A stretch of 64,000 nt of DNA from assembly GCA_965203575.1 (NCBI GenBank), contig OZ241894.1, positions 2,956,322 to 3,020,321 of the forward strand, written 5' to 3'. Source of the DNA: Candidatus Aldehydirespirator sp. GTDB lineage: Bacteria > Actinomycetota > Acidimicrobiia > Acidimicrobiales > Aldehydirespiratoraceae. Positions 57,911 to 64,000 of this stretch are shown piece after piece. How positions within the stretch are numbered: the stretch's first letter is position 1; each line of letters opens with the position of its first letter. A program made the position numbers and the translations under genes. The notes beneath the pieces are model-generated. The model worked only from the letters and a program-made list of their open reading frames with translations, searched no databases and was not told the origin of the DNA.

Positions 57911-59584
57911 TTGGCTGCCGTGACCGACCAAGGCAAGCCGCGCTTGAGGCGTACTTGGCCGCAGCGCCTGGTGGTGGTCGCGAGCCTCCTGGTGATCGTC
58001 TCGGCCGTGGCGTCGGCGAGGACCGTGCAGTACGTCGAGGAGGTCTGGCACGAGTTCAAGCCGGTGTACTTCCGCGACACCGTCCAGTACGGCCGCGACC
58101 TGCTCGTCACCGACACCGAGCCGGGCGAACCCGTCAATTTCCTCCTCGTCGGCATCGACAGCAGCATCGACGTCCGGCCGGACGCCGAGGCCGACGGCGC
58201 GGGCGGCGTCGCGGCGGGCGGGAGGGCTCTGGCCGACGTCATCATGCTCGTGCGCCTGGACCCCGGGGCGAAGTCCGCGTGGGTCTTGTCCATACCGCGG
58301 GACCTGTGGGCCGAGATCCCGGGAGCGCAGGACCACAAGATCAACTCCGCACTGCTCATCGGCGGCGCCCCGCTGCTGGTGGCGACCGTCAGATCCATGT
58401 TCGATGTGGAGATCAACCACTATGTCGAGATGGACTTCGCGGGGTTCGAGCAGGTCGTGGACACGCTCGGGGGAGTGCCCGTCTGGTTCCCCAATCCGGC
58501 CCGTGATCCCAAGTCCAAGCTGAACATCGAGACGCCGGGATGCCATGTGCTCGGAGGCGAGCAGGCGTTGCAGTACGTGCGGAGCCGCACATACACGGAG
58601 TTCATCGACGGGCGCTGGAGGATCACCGGCGGCGACGACTTCAGTCGCATCGCCCGCCAGCAGGACTTCCTGGTGCTCGCCCTCGACCGGGCCATCAGCC
58701 GCGGGGCCAGGAACCCGACCACCATCGTCGGCATGATCGAGGCCGGAGCCGCCTTCGTCGCGTTCGACCAGGACGTGACCCTCGGCGAGCTGGTGTCACT
58801 GGCCCAGGACTTCTCGGACTTCAACCCCGAGAACCTGCAGAGACAGCGACTCGAGGTCTACACGCTGTTCTGGCCCGACGGCCGCTACAAGGGCGAGGCG
58901 GCATACCGGCAGGCGAACGAGCCGACCCTCGACGTCTTCCGGGGGGAGGCGGACTCGTTGAGTCCCTCCGAGGTGTCGTTGACCGTCGCCGGGTTCAACG
59001 ACTTCAGCCGCGAGGACGCGTCCGCGTCGCTGGCCGGCGAGGGCTTCGACGTACAGGGGTCCCTCTCGTCTCCAGCCATTCCCGAGACCGTCGTGCTGCA
59101 CGGTCCCGACGACGCCAAGGCGGCCATGACTGTGGCCCGCTACCTCGAGCCGGTGCCCTACGTCGTGGCCGACGACGGGGTCGACGGCGTGGTGGTGGTG
59201 CTCGGCGCCGACTACCGCGGGGTGCTGTTCGCCTTCCAGGAGCCCATGAGCGTGGTGCGCGACCAGGTACGGGCTCGCGGCATCCCTCCGGTCCGGCCCG
59301 ATCCGGTCGCGGGGTTCTCTCCGGTGGCCACCGGCAGTGCTGCACCGGTGCCGGCCACTTCCGGGGCGGCCTTCGTCGGAGGTCCGGTGGGTGCGAGTGC
59401 CGCCATGGCCGGTCCGCGCATCCTGGGAGCCGTGCTGACGGGAGGTCCGGCGACCTTGGGAGCGGCGTTGGCCGGGGGTTCCGTGGCTGGGGGCGCCGAC
59501 TTCGTCGCCGCGCAATCGACTGAGACGGATGCCGACCCGGTCACCATCCTGGGCCGTCCGCCCGAGGGCGAGTCCTGTGGCTGA
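57911..59584 (+). CDS. LytR-CpsA-Psr (LCP) family glycopolymer-peptidoglycan ligase with a LytR_C-like domain and Gly/Ala-rich tail
   Basis: 557-aa ORF with an N-terminal TM anchor. LCP motifs FLLVGIDS, DVIMLVRL and SIPRDLW. Confidence 0.85.
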   Translation: MAAVTDQGKPRLRRTWPQRLVVVASLLVIVSAVASARTVQYVEEVWHEFKPVYFRDTVQYGRDLLVTDTEPGEPVNFLLVGIDSSIDVRPDAEADGAGGVAAGGRALADVIMLVRLDPGAKSAWVLSIPRDLWAEIPGAQDHKINSALLIGGAPLLVATVRSMFDVEINHYVEMDFAGFEQVVDTLGGVPVWFPNPARDPKSKLNIETPGCHVLGGEQALQYVRSRTYTEFIDGRWRITGGDDFSRIARQQDFLVLALDRAISRGARNPTTIVGMIEAGAAFVAFDQDVTLGELVSLAQDFSDFNPENLQRQRLEVYTLFWPDGRYKGEAAYRQANEPTLDVFRGEADSLSPSEVSLTVAGFNDFSREDASASLAGEGFDVQGSLSSPAIPETVVLHGPDDAKAAMTVARYLEPVPYVVADDGVDGVVVVLGADYRGVLFAFQEPMSVVRDQVRARGIPPVRPDPVAGFSPVATGSAAPVPATSGAAFVGGPVGASAAMAGPRILGAVLTGGPATLGAALAGGSVAGGADFVAAQSTETDADPVTILGRPPEGESCG

Positions 59585-59600
59585 GGGGGACGTGCCGGCG

Positions 59601-60908
59601 ATGCCCGCCGAGGGCACCGGGAGGCCCGCCGCTCCGGCCGCGGTCGTCGTTGTCGGGGCGGGATACGTAGGTCTGACCACCGCGGCGTGTCTGGCTCGAC
59701 TGGGCCACCGCGTGGTCTGCACCGATGTGGACGAGCACAGGATCATCGGACTGCAGAGCGGCGAGATGCCGATCCACGAGCCGGGGCTGGCCGAGTTGGT
59801 GAGGACCGGCCTCGACACGGCCCGGCTCTCCTTCGTGTGCGGTTCGGCTGAGGCTGCGGCCCGAGCCGACTTCGTCTTCCTGTGCGTGCCCACGCCCTCG
59901 GGCCCTGACGGCGGCACCGACCTCGGCTACCTGGAGGCCGCGGTCGCCGAGATCGGTCCGAGCTTGCGGCCGGGGGCGGTGGTGGTGAACAAGTCCACTG
60001 CTCCGGCGGGCACCGTGCAGCTGCTGGCTCGAGTGCTGGGACGGGCCGACGTCTCGGTGGCATCCAATCCCGAGTTCCTGAGACAGGGCTCGGCCGTTCA
60101 CGACTTCCTCAATCCTGATCGGTTGGTGGTGGGCGCGGCCGACGCCGCGGTGGCCGAGCGGGTGGCCGGTCTCTACGCGGGCATAGATGCGCCTGTTCTC
60201 GTCACCGACCCAGCCTCCGCCGAGACGGTCAAGTACGCGGCCAACGCCTTCCTGGCGACGAAGCTGTCGTTCTCGAACTCGGTCGCGGCGCTCTGCGAGG
60301 CGGTGGGCGCCGATGTCGACGACGTGCTGGAGGGCATGGGATACGACGGGCGGATAGGCCGCGACTACCTGCGGCCCGGGCCGGGATGGGGCGGCTCGTG
60401 CCTTCCCAAGGACACGCGTTCGCTGGTCGCGATGGCCTCGGCAGCGGGCTACGACTTCGCGCTGCTGCGAAGCGTGGTGGATGCCAATGAAGCGCAGTTC
60501 GCCAGGATCGTCGACAAGGTCGCAGGCCGGGTTGAGCTGTCCGGGGCCTGCATCGCGCTGCTCGGCCTGGCCTTCAAGGCCGGTACCGACGACCTGCGAG
60601 ACTCGCCCTCCCTGGAGATTGCCAGACGCCTGGTCGAGGCCGGAGCGGTGGTCCGTGCCTACGATCCGATGATCAACGCCTGCGCAGCCACCGTGCAGGC
60701 CGGTGTGGCTGTTGCGGACGACGTCTACGCGGCCTGCGACGGCGCTTCCGCGCTGGTGGTCGCGACCGAGTGGGACGAGTTCCGGCAACTCGATCTCGAC
60801 CGGGTGGCGGGGGTCATGCACGAACTGCACGTGATCGACGCCCGCAACCTGCTGGACCGCGACGAGCTGGAGCGCCGCGGCTTCACCTACAGCGGCATCG
60901 GCGTGTGA
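59601..60908 (+). CDS. ugd: UDP-glucose 6-dehydrogenase
   Basis: ORF 59529..60908(+) trimmed to ATG 59601. Motifs VVGAGYVGL, NPEFL and catalytic GGSCLPKD. Confidence 0.88.
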   Translation: MPAEGTGRPAAPAAVVVVGAGYVGLTTAACLARLGHRVVCTDVDEHRIIGLQSGEMPIHEPGLAELVRTGLDTARLSFVCGSAEAAARADFVFLCVPTPSGPDGGTDLGYLEAAVAEIGPSLRPGAVVVNKSTAPAGTVQLLARVLGRADVSVASNPEFLRQGSAVHDFLNPDRLVVGAADAAVAERVAGLYAGIDAPVLVTDPASAETVKYAANAFLATKLSFSNSVAALCEAVGADVDDVLEGMGYDGRIGRDYLRPGPGWGGSCLPKDTRSLVAMASAAGYDFALLRSVVDANEAQFARIVDKVAGRVELSGACIALLGLAFKAGTDDLRDSPSLEIARRLVEAGAVVRAYDPMINACAATVQAGVAVADDVYAACDGASALVVATEWDEFRQLDLDRVAGVMHELHVIDARNLLDRDELERRGFTYSGIGV

Positions 60909-60924
60909 ATATTGGAGCGGCATC

Positions 60925-61020
60925 CCCGCTCTTGTTCGCTGCGCTCACGGGCCGCTCGGGCCACGTCTCCCGCTCTTGTTCGCTGCGCTCACGGGCCGCT
61001 CGGGCCCGGGGCCTCGCCCG
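60925..61020 (+). repeat. REP-like element, two tandem copies downstream of ugd
   Basis: Identical 38-nt cores at 60925..60962 and 60969..61006. The second copy extends into CGGGGCCTCGCCCG. Confidence 0.9.
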
Positions 61021-61078
61021 TATGGGCCGGATTCGCGTATCTGCCTGCTCGGCCTCTGGGCCGATAGCGTGACGGCCC

Positions 61079-61816
61079 GTGGCCAAGCCGAGTTCGTCGA
61101 AGAAGGTCCAGCGAGCTGCTAGAGCGGCGGCTGCGTCGAAGGGCGCCCGCGAGCGTCGGGAGATCGCCTTTCCGCTGGCACTGGCGGTGGTGGTGATCCT
61201 CGGGGTGGCTCTCGTGGTGTTCGCCCGATCCTCGCGCACGCCCGCGGCGGCCCCGCGGGTCGGCAACGATCACTGGCACTCGGCCTACGCGATCTACGAC
61301 TGCGACCGGTTCCTGCCCGCCTTCACCAGCGCCGCGGATCCCGACGGCATCCACTCCCACCAGGACGGCGTGGTCCACATACACCCGTGGAACAGTTCCG
61401 CCGCGGGAGATCGGGCCGACCTCGACGTGTTCTTCGAGGCCATGGGGGCCAGAATCACCGACGACGAGATCAGCGGGCCCGGCATCGGCGTGCTGGAGGC
61501 CGGATCGGACTGCAACGGCGAGCCGACCGTGATCAGGGCCGTGCGCTTTACCCGCATCGATCCCGGCACCGACGCCTTCCCCAGCACGCTGTCCGAGATC
61601 TACGAGGCGACCGACACCTACACCGACGACTTCGGCGACGTCCGGCTGCTGGGAGACCTGGAGGCGTTCACGTTCGCCCGCGTCCCGGAAGGGGCCGAGA
61701 TCCCGCCGCCGCCCGAGGACCGGCTCCAGACCGCCCTGGGGGCCTCGGCGGGGAACCTGGTCTCCACCGGGCCGGAGACCGAGCTCGACCCGACGGACGC
61801 CCCCTCCGAGGGCTAG
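61079..61816 (+). CDS. Membrane-anchored His-rich hypothetical protein
   Basis: 245-aa ORF with GTG start, a basic N-terminus and one TM helix. The extracytoplasmic domain has DHWHSAY and GIHSHQDGVVHIHP. Confidence 0.5.
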   Translation: MAKPSSSKKVQRAARAAAASKGARERREIAFPLALAVVVILGVALVVFARSSRTPAAAPRVGNDHWHSAYAIYDCDRFLPAFTSAADPDGIHSHQDGVVHIHPWNSSAAGDRADLDVFFEAMGARITDDEISGPGIGVLEAGSDCNGEPTVIRAVRFTRIDPGTDAFPSTLSEIYEATDTYTDDFGDVRLLGDLEAFTFARVPEGAEIPPPPEDRLQTALGASAGNLVSTGPETELDPTDAPSEG

Positions 61817-61934
61817 TGCTGTGTCTCCGAAATGGCTGGGGCGGCACAGGAAGTCGCAGCCCACTGCCGCAGCGGATCCAGGTGCTCTGACCAAGTCCGC
61901 GACAGACCGCTAGAAGCCGGAGCGGGGCGCCGGG

Positions 61935-62945
61935 GTGCAGGCGATCCTGCTGGTCGGGGGCTTCGGCACCCGGCTGCGGCCCCTGACACTGACCACCCCC
62001 AAGCAGATGCTCCCGGTGATGCACCGGCCCATGATCGAGCACGCCGTGTCCGGTCTGGCCCGCCACGGGGTGGACCGGGTGGTGCTGGCCCTGGGCTACC
62101 ACGACGAAGCGTTCCGGGCTGCCTACCCCGACGGCCGCTGCGCGGGGGTGGAGCTGTGCTGCGTGGTGGAGTCCGAGCCGCTCGACACCGCCGGCGCCAT
62201 CCGCTTCGCCTACGCCGAGTCGGGAATGGAGGACTCGGGGGGCACGTTCCTGGTGGCCAACGGCGACGTGATCACCGACCTCGACGTGACTGAGATGCTG
62301 CGTCTGCACCGCTCGGCTGGGGCCGAGGCCACCATCCACCTGATCGAGGTTGAGGACCCGTCCCGCTACGGCGTGGTGGTGACCGAGGCGGGTGGGCGGG
62401 TCAGCGCCTTCGTGGAGAAGCCGCCGCCGCCCGCGCCGAGCAACTGGATCAACGCGGGGACGTACCTGATGGAACCGTCGGTTGTCGGGCGGATCGACGG
62501 CGGGCGCCGGGTCTCGGTGGAACGCGAGGTCTTCCCCGCCATGGCCGCCGCCGGCACCCTGTGGGCTCTGAGGCAAAACACCTACTGGGTCGATGCCGGC
62601 ACCCCCCAGACCTACCTGCAGGTCCAACTCGACCTGCTCGACGGCCGGCGCGGGCCGGCCGCGGTCGGGGTGTCGCCGGAGGCGTCGGTGGACCCGGGGG
62701 CCGTCGTCGAGCGCAGCGTGGTGATGGCCGGCGCGGCCGTGGGGGAGGGCTCGGTCGTGCGGGGCTCGGCGGTCCATTCGAGCGCGGTGATCGAAGCGGG
62801 AGCGCAGGTGCTGGACTCGGTGGTGGGATCGGGAGCAACGGTCGGGCAGGGTGCCCGGGTGACGGACGGGACGCTGGTGGGTGAGCACTTCGACGTGGAG
62901 CCGGGGGCGACCCTGTCGGAGGCCAGGGTGCCCGAGACGGTCTGA
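61935..62945 (+). CDS. NDP-sugar pyrophosphorylase (mannose-1-phosphate guanylyltransferase-like) with a left-handed beta-helix C-terminus
   Basis: 336-aa ORF with GTG start. Motifs LVGGFGTRLRPLT and EKP. C-terminal hexapeptide-like repeats. Confidence 0.8.
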   Translation: MQAILLVGGFGTRLRPLTLTTPKQMLPVMHRPMIEHAVSGLARHGVDRVVLALGYHDEAFRAAYPDGRCAGVELCCVVESEPLDTAGAIRFAYAESGMEDSGGTFLVANGDVITDLDVTEMLRLHRSAGAEATIHLIEVEDPSRYGVVVTEAGGRVSAFVEKPPPPAPSNWINAGTYLMEPSVVGRIDGGRRVSVEREVFPAMAAAGTLWALRQNTYWVDAGTPQTYLQVQLDLLDGRRGPAAVGVSPEASVDPGAVVERSVVMAGAAVGEGSVVRGSAVHSSAVIEAGAQVLDSVVGSGATVGQGARVTDGTLVGEHFDVEPGATLSEARVPETV

Positions 62946-63955
62946 TGGCGACGCTGGTAACCGGGGGTGCCGGCTACATCGGCAGCCACACCGCTGTCGC
63001 GCTGCACGACGCGGGGCGCGACGTGGTGGTCCTCGACGACTTCTCCAACGCCTCGCGCCGGGTGGTCGACGCCATCCGCAGCCTCACTCGCTCGGACCTG
63101 CCGGTGGTGGAGGGCGACGCGGGCGATCCCGACGACCTGGAAGCGGTCTTCGGCAGGCACCGGATCGACTCGGTGGTCCATTTCGCGGCCCGCAAGAGCG
63201 TGGCCGAATCCGTGAGCGACCCCCTCGGCTACTACCGCAGCAACCTCGGCTCGGTGGTCGCGTTGGCCGCCGCGGCCGTCGACCGGCGCGTCCGGCGGGT
63301 GGTGTTCAGCTCCTCGGCCACCGTCTACGGGTCGGCGTCGACGCTTCCGGTCACCGAGGACTCGCCGGCCGTCCCCGAGAGCCCCTACGGCGAGACCAAG
63401 CTGATGGGCGAGCGCATCCTGGCCGACGCCGCGGCTGCGTCGGAGTTGACCGCGGTCACGCTGCGCTACTTCAACCCGGTCGGTGCGCACTCTTCCGGCC
63501 TGATCGGGGAGGATCCGGTCGGCGAGCCGGCCAACCTGGTACCCCGGATCATGCAGGTCGCCTCCGGCCGGCTGGCGCGGCTCAGCGTCTTCGGAGACGA
63601 CTACTCAACGGTCGACGGCACCGCGGTGCGGGACTACGTGCACGTCATGGACCTGGCCGAGGGCCACGCGGCTGCCCTGGAAACCGACATCACCCCGGCC
63701 AGCAGCCGGGTCTACAACCTGGGCACCGGCTCGGGAACCACCGTGCTCCAGGTGGTGGCCGCAGCCGAGGAGGTGCTCGGGACGCGCATCCCCTACGAGA
63801 TGGACGGCCGCCGCCCCGGCGACATAGAGGCTTCCTGGGCCGACTGCACCCGTGCTCGCGACGAGTTGGGCTGGCAGACCCGCCGAGATCTAGCGCAGAT
63901 GCTGACGGACCATTGGAACTTCGCCCGCCACCACCCCGACGGCTTCGGCCGCTAG
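62945..63955 (+). CDS. galE: UDP-glucose 4-epimerase
   Basis: 336-aa ORF with ATG overlapping the upstream TGA. Motifs VTGGAGYIGSH, SSSATVYG and YGETK. Confidence 0.9.
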   Translation: MATLVTGGAGYIGSHTAVALHDAGRDVVVLDDFSNASRRVVDAIRSLTRSDLPVVEGDAGDPDDLEAVFGRHRIDSVVHFAARKSVAESVSDPLGYYRSNLGSVVALAAAAVDRRVRRVVFSSSATVYGSASTLPVTEDSPAVPESPYGETKLMGERILADAAAASELTAVTLRYFNPVGAHSSGLIGEDPVGEPANLVPRIMQVASGRLARLSVFGDDYSTVDGTAVRDYVHVMDLAEGHAAALETDITPASSRVYNLGTGSGTTVLQVVAAAEEVLGTRIPYEMDGRRPGDIEASWADCTRARDELGWQTRRDLAQMLTDHWNFARHHPDGFGR

Positions 63956-64000
63956 ACATTCAGTCCGAACCTGGGACGAGTGGTTGCAGGGTGTGGCGGT

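Overview
High-GC, actinobacterial-type chromosomal window. The assignment rests on gene content and order (aceE, lpd-E2-lipB/lipA, Ku plus LigD-Pol, LCP ligase) and on many 4-nt ATGA/GTGA start-stop overlaps.

Layout:
(1) 1-6.1 kb, minus strand: a partial PhoR/SenX3-like kinase, phoU and pstB-pstA-pstC-pstS, with a phased PHO-box-like repeat array upstream of pstS.
(2) 6.1-7.9 kb: two tandem TlpA/ResA-like thioredoxin-fold lipoprotein genes. Each is split in the ORF track by an in-frame TGA that falls exactly on the first Cys of the CxxC motif, followed by position-conserved, covarying hairpins. I read these as UxxC selenoproteins. This is my top candidate for something new.
(3) 7.9-30.7 kb: mostly housekeeping genes. 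These are an HhH-GPD repair protein, aceE, rnhA, lpd, E2, an in-frame lipB-lipA fusion, M24 and M17 peptidases, Ku plus a stand-alone LigD polymerase, a Sir2 deacetylase and a rhodanese-MoeB protein. The run is interrupted by an AT-rich islet carrying an RHH protein, 23-bp-phased direct repeats and a COG1373/DUF4143-type AAA ATPase.
(4) 30.7-34.9 kb: a visibly lower-GC islet bounded by a 34-bp imperfect direct repeat. It carries an AlbA_2/HATPase-type regulator and a secreted multidomain serine protease.
(5) 35.4-64 kb: a large cell-envelope glycopolymer locus. It contains:
- two paralogous ~1000-aa dual-GT2 synthases flanking a Wzy_C/O-antigen-ligase-like protein
- a Wzm/Wzt-type ABC exporter
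- a priming phosphoglycosyl transferase
- a SpoIID protein with three SLH repeats
- a GT-C plus polyprenyl-P-sugar synthase pair
- a UDP-GlcNAc 2-epimerase, a UPF0104 membrane protein and a CsaB-like pyruvyl transferase
- an LCP ligase, Ugd, an NDP-sugar pyrophosphorylase and GalE
Together this reads as a pyruvylated secondary-cell-wall-polymer / SLH-anchoring system.

A 38-60 bp REP-like element occurs six times at four intergenic sites. No rRNA, tRNA, CRISPR array, transposase or integrase gene was recognised. All calls come from reading the sequence and translations only. No database search was run.
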